NCBI GenBank assembly: GCA_950097015.1
Contig: CATNEN010000001.1
Span: 24,986,001 to 25,050,000, forward strand
Length of the DNA: 64,000 nt
Direction: 5' to 3'
DNA from: Macrostomum hystrix
Lineage: Eukaryota > Animalia > Platyhelminthes
Positions 1 through 10,717 of this stretch are shown here, piece after piece (the stretch's first letter is position 1; each line of letters begins with the position of its first letter). The translations under genes and the position numbers were made by a program. The notes under the pieces are model-generated. The model saw only the letters and a program-made list of their open reading frames with translations. It did not search any database and had not been told where the DNA came from.

Positions 1-157
1 CAAGCCCCCCATAGCCTTCAAAGCCCTAATGAATATGGCCTCGCCGCGGAATCGAGCTCTTGGAATTGCCTCCTCTAGTGTCAATAAAAAATATATTCTA
101 TTTGAGTACACTATTCTATGGCATAAAATGAATATGTACATTACTCGCGCATTGCAG

Positions 158-1043
158 TTGAACCGACTCCGCGCCGAGTTCGAATCCGCGGATCGGGCGC
201 ACCGGGATCGTCAGGCCCGGGCCGACCGTGAGCGCGCTGAGCTAGAGTCGGAGACCGCCAGACTGCGGCAGCAACTGCAGACGGACAAGCTGGCAGCCGA
301 GGAGGCTCAGGCCAGCCTGCGGGCGCGTCTGCGAGCCGAGGAGGAACAGAGAGTAGCGGCACTGGAGGAGCGGGCTCGGCTGTTGCAGTCGGGCAAGGAG
401 GAGGCGGCCGGGAGGGCGGCGGCGCTGGCAGCCCAGCTCGCGGAGCAGCAGCGGGCGCAGGCAGCTCAGCAGGCGGAGGTCGAAGCCGGCAAGCGACGGC
501 TTGAAGACGCGGCAACGCAGCTGGCGGCGGCGAGGGCCGAAGGGCACGCGGAGGCTGCGCGGGTCCGGCTGGAGATGCAGGTGAGAGGCTGGGATCTTGG
601 ACTATTTGGGATCTTTCGTACTCTGTTACTTTTTTTCTTTGTTGTTTTTGTACTTACTGATATCTTGGAGTGTCTATCATTAAATACATTTTTGTATTTT
701 CGATCGTCTGATCTCAACATAAAAAGCGCCGAACTCCCAACAACGCCCCACCCAGGAGCGCCTGAACACCCTGGAGGCCGAGCGCCGCAGCCAGCGTGAG
801 CTGCACGAAGAGATCGCCAGCCTGAAGGCCCAGCTGCAGCGCTGCCGTGACGAGTCACGTGACCAGCTGGCAGCCAAGGACACCCAGCTGGCTGTCCTTC
901 AAGAGCGGCTTACAGCCCGGGGCGAGGAGCTGCGGCGATGGCGCGAGGACGAAGAAGCTCGTTCGGCTGCCCTGCAGACGGCAGTTATGCAGTTCTGCAG
1001 ACGTGGCGGCAGCGGCGGCTCCAGAGGTGTTGCCGATGATTAG
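158..1043 (+). CDS. LRRC45: Last two coding exons of a coiled-coil protein, LRRC45-like (centrosomal linker); 5' part lies outside the window
   Basis: Exons 158-580 (ttgcag|TTG...CAG|gtgaga) and 756-1043 (cccag|GAG...TAG) join in phase 0. The peptide is heptad-rich and ends ...LRRWREDEEARSAALQTAVMQFCR..., like the LRRC45 C-terminus as I recall it (RDEEAQRASFLQNAVLAY). Confidence 0.6.
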
Positions 1044-1534
1044 GCAGAAGTGCCGAGTTGTTGACATGCATCAAGCGATCGATCTTTTGTTCGATTTGAA
1101 TTTATAGTTTTTTTTATTAATTTAGTCTTAATTCAAACAATAAGTTTTAAATGTCTGATTATTGGCTAGTAAAAAATGTGTATCCATTTGCTGCCTTCAC
1201 AGTAGCCATTTACTATTTGTTATTTATAGCCAGTGGCTGAGCCACAGTATTTATGAATAGGTCTGGATTCCCTCAGAAATCAAATCAACCTGTCACAATG
1301 CCAATTCACAATTCATCCTCATGCGCATTCACGATCACCTCCAGGCAGTAGTTAGCTGTGAAACTGACTTTTTATGAAATACTTTCTTTGTTTGCGTCCG
1401 ATTTATATTTTTTTATGTGGCGAAGCTAACTGTTTCTGTTGTTGAGCTGGTTTCAACCAGGAGACTAAAAAACAGAAAAAGGTATATAATCACAGCTTAA
1501 AAAATAACTTCATCTTTTTCTTAACTTAAGCGCT

Positions 1535-1812
1535 AAGGTTCCTGAGCTTGATTCCGCGGCGAGGCCACATCTATTTGGAGCTTATAGCCACGGAGAGAAG
1601 ACCTAGTCCAAGGTACAGTGAGATTGTACACTGCCTGACGATGAGAAACTCAGGGCAGATGTGCCGGAATGGGCAGAACTGCCTCCTCGTTGGCAGTAGG
1701 TCTTATGTGACCAGTTGATGTCTGTGCAGACGGTTCCTTCATGTATTATTCTTGTCTTATTACTTCTTTTAGTAGCTCTACTATGGGTTTATTATTATTA
1801 TTATTACTACTA
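1535..1812 (+). mobile_element. SINE body fragment (family shared with 2060-2235, 46075-46160, 58465-58735)
   Basis: Shares ccaagg(t/c)acagtgaga.tgtacactgcctgac.atgagaaa.tcagggcagatgt...gaatgggcagaa with the other copies; ends in a (TTA)n/(CTA)n tail. Confidence 0.6.
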
Positions 1813-1819
1813 CTAGAGG

Positions 1820-2235
1820 TTCTATAGCTTTTGGTTACTACGTCGGACTCACGACTCGAAGGTCGTGGATTCGATTCCGGACTCCATTGGAACAATTTGT
1901 GTTCTTTAGCAAGACACTAAACTCTGCATCGTTTCAGTTCACCCAGCTGTTAAATACCAGCATTAGCTGAGGTAATTAAGTGTGGGTGTGGCGTCCACCC
2001 AGTCCATAGACAGAATAATACGCAGCCTTCAGATGCGCCGCGCAGTTGCTGCGGCTGTGCTGTCCGCTGCACATCTGGTCCCCCTGAGGGCCGACCTCCA
2101 AAGCACAGTGACAGTGTACACTGCTTTGCGATGAGAAAGCCAAGTTCTGATGTATCCTTCTGTGTAAATTTTTGCCTGCGTGCATTTGCCCAGAACAGCC
2201 TCCTCGCTGGCTGCGGGTCTACTGTCACCAAATGA
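1820..2235 (+). mobile_element. tRNA-headed SINE with CORE-like central domain
   Basis: Head ggactcacgactcgaaggtcgtggattcgattcc has a B-box-like GATTCGATTCC. It is followed by gtgttctttagcaagacactaaactctgcatcgtttcagttcacccagctgttaaat, resembling the CORE domain, then the shared body at ~2090-2230. Head and core also occur at 57089-57250. Confidence 0.65.
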
Positions 2236-2619
2236 GATTTGTAGTTCATTTGGATTAAAAGAGCTCTTAACAATGCTTCAGTAAAGTTTCATGCCACGAT
2301 TGTAACGTGTGCGAAAATGTACTAAGAACTCAAAGAATTATCTGAATAAAACAGCAACATATAGTTTCTAAAAAAGATAAGTATGAACGAAGTATAATCT
2401 AAAAACTATTGTCAAAAGGAAAAGTAAAGAAATACAAATATATTTAAAAATCCTAAAATAAGCATTTCAGAATTAGGAAAGGAAAGGAGGGAAGGGAATG
2501 TAAGGGAAGGTTTCATGAGCTTTTAGTCACGAAGAAGTGAAAAAGTACACAGCAAATAAACTACTTGCACCAGCAAAAACACTAGCAAAAGGAATGACTA
2601 AAAGCTACGCAGAAAAGCC

Positions 2620-2890
2620 TATACTACAAATTGACCTTCTACAGAAATACATTTTGATAATGAAACTAATCGTAATTCTACCAAATCAAATAAAAATCTT
2701 ATTGAAAAAAAGTAAAAACATTTTCCAGTCTTTTTCAGTTTAGAGTCGCAAAAGCACTCTCAAAAGGCATCACTATGCTAAGCTAAAAAGCTACTACAAA
2801 TAAAACTTCTACAGAAATACATTTTTGATAATGAAACTAATCGTAATTCTACCAAATCTAATCAAAATATTCTTAAAGAAAAGTAAAAAA
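2620..2890. repeat. Imperfect ~100-bp direct repeat (2620-2720 vs 2790-2890) downstream of TRP paralogue 1
   Basis: tactacaaa...cttctacagaaatacattttt?gataatgaaactaatcgtaattctaccaaatc...aaaagtaaaaa occurs twice about 170 bp apart. Confidence 0.8.
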
Positions 2891-3034
2891 TCATGTTTTA
2901 TTCATGTTTTAACACTTTTTGAAACAGCTCTAATTTAGATTCACTAAAAATAATTTTATTCCTTAGGGTGAAAAAGTAAAAAAAATCATTTTTAAAGCAT
3001 TCGGCTACACTTATTTCTGTGCTAATAATCTTTT

Positions 3035-5963
3035 TCACACCTGCTGAGCCGTCTCACGTGCGTTGAGTGACTGGACCAGACTCAACAGCAAGTCAACCTT
3101 TTTCTCCAGTCCAACAAGGCTGTTAACTTTCTTTTCCAAATCGACAAAACTTTCCGTCTGCTGCTCTGAGCCAGTTATCCGTCCGGACGACGAAGCGTCC
3201 GAGCTGGGGTCCTGGTTCTGCGTCTTATCATCCTTCTTATCCGGAATGTCTCCAAGCTGTCGTTGCACATTCATTTGCGAATTGTTCGTGAAGGCTATCA
3301 GACCAGCGAAGTCGTCCAGCTTCTGCAGCTTCTCATCCTGCCTCTCCATGGTTTCTTCAAGCTGTCGGTGCACACTGGCTAGCGAGTTGCCGGTGAAGGC
3401 CCTCAGACCATCAAAGTCGGCCTGGTTCTGCTCCAGCCGCTGCAGCAACTTCGAGCGCGAGCGGCTGAGAAAGTCAGCTTGCAGCTTCAGGAATTCGACA
3501 TAGTCCTCGGGGTATTTCTCCGGCCTGAGTTTCCACCATTCCTGAAATAGGCATCAGAGTGGCTGCAATATCACATGGCATTCACAAGTCAACAAGATAA
3601 GGAAAAGCATCATCATGGAATTTCCAACCTACATCAGACAGCTTTGGGTGAACTTTTGTCTTCCGTCTTCGAGAGAACCTAAAAATGTAGAACGCAAACG
3701 ACAGCGGCGGTGGAATTGGACTGACGTTCTGAAACTCCTGCAGGATGTGAAACAGCTTCCGCCTCCAGATGCAGCGCGCCCTGCTCACCATGGTGCTCAC
3801 GCGGAGACTGAACAAGGCAATCAGAAGGTTCACCATTACAATGTTGACAACAATCAGGAAGATAAACACGAAGAAGCTCTTGAACGCCTGAACTCCGGTT
3901 GGGTTGGCGACCGACCCGACGGCCTGGTCCGTCCCAGAGCTGGCCGCCGAGTAGTCGGGCGGATTGTCCAGGAACAGCACGAATGGCAACGTGAAGATCT
4001 GCAGGAACACGCTGGCCGTGTATCCCTCCGACTCGGACTCGCTGGTGGTTGAAGTGGTCACCGGAAACAGCAGGTTGAAAAAGAACACACTGGACGAGTA
4101 GAAGATCACGAGGATGATGGCTGCGAAGGGCAGCAGGTCCTTCAGCAGCAGACTCCGCATCATCGATATGACGGGTCCGATGTGTTCAAAGAAGCTGAGG
4201 AAGGACACTGATCGGAATCCGAGCAGCAGAAAGGAGGAGCTGAGCACCATCTGGCAGGCGTAGGCAGTCGGGTGGGTGATGCCGGTGGAGAAGATGGCCC
4301 ACTTCCAGAGCAGGCCGATCCACATGAACAGGATCGCAGCACAGTCGAACAGATTCAGCTGATCCTCAAAGTAAGTTGGGCATCGGATGGCTTTTTGATT
4401 TGGGAAATAGTGGCGCATTTTTCGTCCGCTAATTATATTATCGATCTCTTGCAAGGTGAATGACACGAGATAGGCAGCCATCAGCACGTCGGGAACGACT
4501 GATTGGAAAGTCCGTTGAAAGTCGATCACATACCAAGCGAAGAAGCACAGGAAAACAACAAAGGCAGCAAAGTTAATGTAGTACCTAGCTCTAGGTGATA
4601 GTGTTAGGACATCGTCAGTTGATTTGCGCCACTTCAGTTTCACCAGTCGATGTACACACTCTGTTGCGAATATGTCTTTCGAATCCAACAACTTCGCCAT
4701 TTTATAGACGGAGTAGTACTCAACAGCTTTTTCGTTCGAATCGTACATCTCCTGTTGACCTACCTTATAACGACATGGAAACTTTGGTCCACAAGAGTAT
4801 TTCTCTTCAATTCGATTTTCCCTTCGCTTTGCGCTGCTTTCGCGAGTACTTTCCTGTGAATTTTGCACGGACGTTTCATCTCTTGGCTTCATTGTTCCAG
4901 AAACATAGGCCATTATTAGTCCTTCGGCCTTCGGATTGTCGATGCTTGCGTACAGACCCTCCATTGCGTTCACAGCGATTTCGAGAATTTTCGCGTTCAC
5001 CTCGCGCAGCTGCTCCTGTTCAGTGATGCCCTTGGTGCTCCCTATTTTCAATCTGAGCTGCAGCATCAGGCTCAGGCAGGCTGGGATGATCTCAAACTGC
5101 CTGGTCAGAATGAGTTCTGGGATAATATCCAGCTTACCGAGGTGCAGCGCAATGTCGACAACTAGCATCTCAGATGAATGTTGAATTCTTGGCAGCCTCG
5201 TGTAGTTCGTCCATTCTGTTTCGCAGGTATTGTCTGTGCAATCGGTCTTCTCATTAACGAAGCTCTCTGAGTGCTGGTGTGTGCAGTGAATTCTTTTCTC
5301 TGGCCATCTTCTTTGCTCCAAGTAGTCCTGAAAGCGTGCTTCGACTCTGCGGGTGACCAGTCTGAGCCTCAGGGCACATAGGTAAAGCATAGGAGAGTCA
5401 AGTACAAGGGCCTGAAAAAGAATTGACTCATCGGTGCGATCGTCGACTCCACTGCCCTCGTCGAATTCTATGTTTAGCATGCCCGACATTTTATTATTTT
5501 CTTTCGATCCTAAGCTTACGGCCTGGCTTGAGGCTCTGTCTAGCATGGAGGCCAGCAGTTGCCTGGCTTCCGTTCGGCGGGGCATCTTGACGCCATGGTG
5601 GGCCGGATCAATGAGGCACAGGAGTTCCAACTTTTCCTGTTTGTCTCGCTTTTGAAACATCCGCTCGACAACTTTCATTTTGCTGATTGTTTTTGCAAAA
5701 TCAAGTGCCGACAGTCCTGAATAGGTCTCAGCCACTAGTGAGAGCTGGTTAGCGTTGTCTATGAGCCATTCAATGTTACTCTCGTGGTTGGTCTCACACG
5801 CGAGGTGCAGGCAAGTGGCACCTTTTAGAGAGCCACAACTAACAGTGAGTTGCATTAGGGAGTGAGAAGGAATTCCTGTAAGAGTGGCGAGTGGATGCAA
5901 AACATCTTTCAGGGAATATTTTCCGGCGAAAGAGTGGATAACATGAAATCCATTCGATGTATT
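3035..5963 (-). CDS. TRP paralogue 1, C-terminal half: last ankyrin repeats, six TM helices, TRP-box-like helix, coiled-coil tail
   Basis: ORF 3582-5990 contains GATCLHLAC, S4-S5 IGPVISMMRSLLLKDLLPF, S6 NIVMVNLLIALFS and WRRKLFHILQEFQNVSPIPPPLSF. It is spliced to EWWKLRPEKYPEDY...LEKKVDLLLSLV. Confidence 0.85.
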
Positions 5964-6140
5964 TGTCATGAGTATAGCGTCTGTGCACAAGTTTGTACAC
6001 CCGTCTAGGTGTACATGCTAGCGTTCTCTCTCTCATGCTACCATATTATGTAATCGCGTCTGGCTCTGCGTGTGCTACTTATATATCGGCTGAAGCCAAA
6101 TAGATTGGTTGGAGCTTTGCTCTCGTCCGCGCTCATCACA
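5964..6140 (+). repeat. 5' LTR (177 bp)
   Basis: TGTCATGAG...CTCATCACA, identical by eye to the 3' LTR; contains TTATATAT. Confidence 0.97.
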
Positions 6141-6155
6141 TGGCATCGCAAGCTA
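6141..6155 (+). promoter_or_regulatory. Primer binding site (priming tRNA not identified)
   Basis: TGGCATCGCAAGCTA directly follows the LTR; TGG is complementary to the tRNA CCA end. Confidence 0.6.
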
Positions 6156-6172
6156 CAGTAATTTAATAGTGC

Positions 6173-9100
6173 ATGGACCTGAAACCGCCCGGAGAGTTGG
6201 AGACCGACTCCAACGAGACTTGGAAACGATGGCGTCAGAAATTCATGATCTACCTCAGGGCCACAGGCATTGTTGAAGAAGAGCGCCGAATCAATTTGTT
6301 CCTGCACCTCATCGGTGACACCGGGCTGGACATCTACAACACGCTAGAATTTGAAGACGGTGAAGAGGAGGAAAAAAGCACCGCTGATAAACGCCGAACT
6401 CTAGAAGATGTTTTGGGACTTTTCGATGAGCATTTTAGCCCGCGCACTAGCGATGTGTTCGAACGATTCAAGTTCTGGGAGCGAGACCAGAAAGAAGCGG
6501 AGCCTGTGGACCTATTTGTGACCGATTTGAAGCGCCTTGCCACAACGTGCAACTTCGACACTCAAAAAGAAAAAATGATCCGGGACAAGATCGTCTTGGG
6601 CTGCAATGACTCTCGAATGCGAGAGCGGCTACTCCGAGAGCCGGAGCTCGATCTGAGAACGGCGATCGACATGTGCCGAGCTGCTGAATCCGCCAAGCAT
6701 CAGATGAAGGAAGTCGAGAAAGGCCTGCACTCCGTAAGAGCGTCATCTTCGTTAAGTCAAGTGACCACACGACAGCATTCAAGCGGTAGCCATGGCAACT
6801 CAGCACCCAGCGCACAAGCAGACACTCGAAGTCAGTTTGGAGCGAACGCCGCTCGCACAGCTCCGACTCAGCAGTTTGCACGCTGCAACCACTGCGGATA
6901 CGGTCATCGTGAAGGCAAGTGTCCTGCTTTCGGTAAGCGATGCTTGAGTTGTGGCCGCATGAATCACTTCCGTAGTCAGTGCCAGAGTAAAAGCCAGAAA
7001 GTCATGACTGTGGGTGTCGCGGAAGCTGCTGAGCCCCGTCCTGACGGGGATGAGGTTTGCTTCATCGGAACACTGCAGTCTGATGGTGAATCAGCTTGGT
7101 TAGCCGAAGTCCAGATGCCAAATGGTGAGAGACTGAAATGTAAAATGGACACTGGAGCAGAGGTGAACGTGTTGCCTGCTCACCTGCTTCCGGCTGGGGA
7201 GCAGCTGTGCACCACTCGAACAGTTCTAACTGCCTTTGGCGGAGCGCGCATTCCGGTTCTTGGGAAGTGCAGGCTGATGGTAAAGGTGCAGGGCAAGTCA
7301 TCTGAGCTGGAGTTCATGGTGTCAGATGTGAAGCAAGGCATCCTGGGCCTTCCAGCGCTGAGTGCATTGGACCTTGTCCGACGTGTTGAGGTTGTCTGTC
7401 GGCACCCATGTATCGATGAGAACTTTGTACTTAAGGAGTTCGCTGACCTATTCGATGAAAAGTTAGGCTGCCTGCCGTACGTACACTCTTTCACCCTGGA
7501 TGATCGTGTCATGCCGGTAGTCAACGCGCCTCGAAAGATCCCGTTTGCCTTGCAAGAGAAGGTTCAAGAGGAGTTGCAGCGTATGGAATCGCTTGGAGTC
7601 ATAGTGAAAGTTGCTGAGCCTACTGACTGGGTTAATTCTCTGGTCACGGTTCACAAGCCCGATGGTAGTCTGCGGCTCTGCATAGATCCAACGCATCTTA
7701 ACAAGGCCATTAAGCGCGCTCACTACCCAATGACGACGGTGGAGCAAGTTATAGCGCGAATCCCAGGAGCCAAGTTTTTCACAGTTCTAGATGCAAAGAC
7801 TGGCTTTTGGCAAATCAGACTCCATGAAAAATGCTCGGAACTGTGTACTTTCAACACCCCATGGGGCAGGTACAAGTTTGTGCGACTGCCCCCTGGAACA
7901 ATCGATGCTCCCGAAGTTTATCAACGTGAGCTTAGCAAGATCTTCAGCAGCTGGGCTGAGGTCATTGTTGACGACATGCTGGTCTGGGGAAAGACGCGCG
8001 AGGAGCACGACCAGAAGCTATTGAAGGTCCTCAACGAGGCTCGAAGAGTGAATTTGAAGCTTAATCGCAGGAAGTTGAGGGTTGGCGTCTCGTCTGTCAA
8101 CTATGTCGGTCATGTGATCTCTTCTGATGGAGTGATGCCAGACCCTGTTAAGGTGAAAGCAATCCAGGAGCTTCCAGTGCCCGAGGACAAGCAGGCGGTG
8201 ATGCGGCTGCTGGGCATGGCCACCTACCTCGGCAAATTCATTCCGAAAGCGTCAGACCTAACGGATCCACTTCGCTCGCTTTTAAAGAAGGATGTGCTGT
8301 TCGACTGGCAGGAAAGGCAGCAAAAAGCTTTTGAGAAGCTGAAAGAAGTATTGACGCAAGCACCCGTATTAAGGCTGTTTGATCCTACAGTAGATGTCGA
8401 GTTGCAAGTTGACAGTTCATCTGTTGGAGTTGGTTGTGCGTTGCTACAGAATGGACAGCCTGTCGCGTATGGTTCCGCAGCTTTGACTTCGACGCAGAAA
8501 AATTATGCCCAGATTGAGAAGGAGACGCTGGCTGTCGTGATTGCTTGCAAAAAGTTTCATGACTACGTCTATGGCCTACCAGTGGTTCGAGTCACGACTG
8601 ATCACAAGCCGCTGGAGATAATTTTCAAACGGGATTTGGTTCACGCCCCACCGAGAATTGCTCGAATGCTGTACCAGCTCAAAAGGTACAATCTGAAGGT
8701 CTCGTGGTCACCAGGATCCAAGATGCAGATTGCCGACACGTTGTCAAGAGCGTACTTGCCAGAGACCGAGGCAGCTTTGGATGATGAAATCGAGGTGGAG
8801 GTCCACCAGCTGTGCAGGAGTCTACCGATATCTGCCGTTCGGATGCAAGAAATTCGTGACGAGACTAGCAAGGATCGCGATTTGTCTCTTGTGGCACAGT
8901 TCGTTCAGGATGGTTGGCCAACAGATTACCGCCGTGTTTGTTCATCTATCCGTCCTTACTGGAGCTTCAAGGAAGAACTGGTCTATCACGAAGGCGTACT
9001 GCTGAAGGTGAACCGTGTCATTGTGCCTGTCTCACTGCGTCAGAAGATCCTGGAGATTCTGCACGAAGGCCATGCTGGAATGGGCAAGACCGAAGCGCGT

Positions 9101-10105
9101 GCGCGTCAGATTCTGTACTGGCCTGGAATGTCAGCCGATATCAAACGGTTCGTGAGTCGCTGCACTACGTGCCAGGCATTTCAGCCTGCCAATCCAAGGG
9201 AGCCGCTGATGAGCCATCAGGTTCCAGATTCACCATGGACAAAGGTTGGCTGCGATTTGCTCGACTTTAAGGGTGACAAGTGGCTGGTCGTTACATGTTA
9301 CTACAGCAATTGGATTGAGTTGGCAAAACTGGGCCAGCAGTCAGGAGCTGCTCTGGTAATTTCTAGAATAAAGTCTATGTTTGCCAGGTTCGGAATCGTC
9401 AAGGAGCTGGTCAGCGACAATGGACCCCCGTTTAGCTCATTCAAGTTTCAAGAGTTTGCTGCTGAGTTCGGTTTCCGACACACGCGATCGTCTCCAGGTC
9501 ATGCGCAGTCTAATGGAATGGCTGAGAAGGCAGTCAAAGTGGCAAAGAGCATTCTGCGGAAATCGGACCAGCCGGAGGTAGCGCTGATGGAATATCGGGC
9601 GTCACCGATCAGTGGAACCAAAACTAGTCCCAGTGAGCTAATGTTCGGTCGGCTGATTCGGACGAAGCTGCCAGCAGACAGCAGAGCATTGGTCCAGAAC
9701 AGGACAACCGAGTTCTCCAAGGCTCCGCTGCAGGCGGTTCAACAGCGTTACTACGACCAGCATAGCCGAACTCTACCAGAACTGCATGTCGGTGATGCTG
9801 TCCGCTACCGTCAAGATTTCAAATGGGAGCCAGCAGTCGTCGTGGAAGCTGATCCGGCTCTGCGCTCCTACCGGGTGCAGACGCAACACGGCCGTGAGCT
9901 CGTTCGGAACCGTCGGGACCTTCATCTGGTTCCGCAACAAGCCACTCCAGAGGCTGAGGACGTCGTCGCAGCGAGACAAGAGGGCACAACCAGTCCGGAA
10001 GCAACGGCAGCAGATCGAGCACCTGCTGAGGCTGGCGAGCTTCCGCGGCGGTCGGCCAGGACCACAAAGGGCGTGTTGCCTGCCCGCTACCGATCTGATG
10101 ACTGA
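6173..10105 (+). CDS. Gag-Pol polyprotein (1310 aa): Gag with two Cys-His knuckles, protease, RT, RNase H, integrase
   Basis: CNHCGYGHREGKC and CLSCGRMNHFRSQC; protease KMDTGAEVN; RT LRLCIDPTHLN, VLDAKTGFWQI and EVIVDDMLVWG; RNase H QVDSS, NYAQIEKE and TDHKPL; integrase HEGHAG..CTTC, GCDL, SDNGP and NGMAEKAV. The order PR-RT-RH-IN is Gypsy. Confidence 0.97.
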   Translation: MDLKPPGELETDSNETWKRWRQKFMIYLRATGIVEEERRINLFLHLIGDTGLDIYNTLEFEDGEEEEKSTADKRRTLEDVLGLFDEHFSPRTSDVFERFKFWERDQKEAEPVDLFVTDLKRLATTCNFDTQKEKMIRDKIVLGCNDSRMRERLLREPELDLRTAIDMCRAAESAKHQMKEVEKGLHSVRASSSLSQVTTRQHSSGSHGNSAPSAQADTRSQFGANAARTAPTQQFARCNHCGYGHREGKCPAFGKRCLSCGRMNHFRSQCQSKSQKVMTVGVAEAAEPRPDGDEVCFIGTLQSDGESAWLAEVQMPNGERLKCKMDTGAEVNVLPAHLLPAGEQLCTTRTVLTAFGGARIPVLGKCRLMVKVQGKSSELEFMVSDVKQGILGLPALSALDLVRRVEVVCRHPCIDENFVLKEFADLFDEKLGCLPYVHSFTLDDRVMPVVNAPRKIPFALQEKVQEELQRMESLGVIVKVAEPTDWVNSLVTVHKPDGSLRLCIDPTHLNKAIKRAHYPMTTVEQVIARIPGAKFFTVLDAKTGFWQIRLHEKCSELCTFNTPWGRYKFVRLPPGTIDAPEVYQRELSKIFSSWAEVIVDDMLVWGKTREEHDQKLLKVLNEARRVNLKLNRRKLRVGVSSVNYVGHVISSDGVMPDPVKVKAIQELPVPEDKQAVMRLLGMATYLGKFIPKASDLTDPLRSLLKKDVLFDWQERQQKAFEKLKEVLTQAPVLRLFDPTVDVELQVDSSSVGVGCALLQNGQPVAYGSAALTSTQKNYAQIEKETLAVVIACKKFHDYVYGLPVVRVTTDHKPLEIIFKRDLVHAPPRIARMLYQLKRYNLKVSWSPGSKMQIADTLSRAYLPETEAALDDEIEVEVHQLCRSLPISAVRMQEIRDETSKDRDLSLVAQFVQDGWPTDYRRVCSSIRPYWSFKEELVYHEGVLLKVNRVIVPVSLRQKILEILHEGHAGMGKTEARARQILYWPGMSADIKRFVSRCTTCQAFQPANPREPLMSHQVPDSPWTKVGCDLLDFKGDKWLVVTCYYSNWIELAKLGQQSGAALVISRIKSMFARFGIVKELVSDNGPPFSSFKFQEFAAEFGFRHTRSSPGHAQSNGMAEKAVKVAKSILRKSDQPEVALMEYRASPISGTKTSPSELMFGRLIRTKLPADSRALVQNRTTEFSKAPLQAVQQRYYDQHSRTLPELHVGDAVRYRQDFKWEPAVVVEADPALRSYRVQTQHGRELVRNRRDLHLVPQQATPEAEDVVAARQEGTTSPEATAADRAPAEAGELPRRSARTTKGVLPARYRSDD

Positions 10106-10540
10106 GTATGATTGTGATGGACTGTTTAGTGACTGTTTATTGGCCGTTTAAATACTATTATTTGCAGTGCGCTTATGTTAGATTTTGTCTCTTTTTGCGA
10201 GCATTTGCTAATATTCTTTGCGGTTGTTTTTTGCTAAAACTTTTTTTTTCATGATTTGATTTTGATTTGATTTGAAATGCTAATGATTTTTTGAGTTGCC
10301 TTATGCTCTGAGTTTTTTTTGCTTGAAAACTATAATTATCGATTTTATTCCTTTTGATTTCTGCGTGATGCAAAAAGATTTTTTTTAATTCCCTAATTAT
10401 CCAGTCACAATATTTTTTTTGTTAATTTTTAAGCTTTGTCCTATAACTCTCGTTTTAATTTCTCGCAAGCTTGCTATTCGTCGAAATTTAATTTAATGTA
10501 ATGTCTGCATTCACTATTTTTGTTGCTTTTAGAAGGGAGA

Positions 10541-10717
10541 TGTCATGAGTATAGCGTCTGTGCACAAGTTTGTACACCCGTCTAGGTGTACATGCTAGCG
10601 TTCTCTCTCTCATGCTACCATATTATGTAATCGCGTCTGGCTCTGCGTGTGCTACTTATATATCGGCTGAAGCCAAATAGATTGGTTGGAGCTTTGCTCT
10701 CGTCCGCGCTCATCACA
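10541..10717 (+). repeat. 3' LTR (177 bp)
   Basis: Identical to 5964-6140; preceded by the polypurine tract and followed by GTATT. Confidence 0.97.

Larger units (their letters stand above)
5964..10717 (+). mobile_element. Full-length Ty3/Gypsy (Mag-like) LTR retrotransposon, 4754 bp
   Basis: Identical TG...CA LTRs at 5964-6140 and 10541-10717; 5-bp TSD GTATT (5959-5963, 10718-10722); TGG-starting PBS at 6141; PPT AGAAGGGAGA at 10531-10540; one gag-pol ORF. Confidence 0.97.

Noticed and set aside
1840-1900. tRNA genes at ~1840, ~26330-26398 and ~57090-57160
   Set aside because: B-box-like heads lack a proper acceptor stem and run into SINE core or tail sequence; these are SINE heads.
6038-6307. 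89-aa ORF sharing its C-terminus with ORF 10615-12969
   Set aside because: The shared peptide is simply the LTR read antisense twice.
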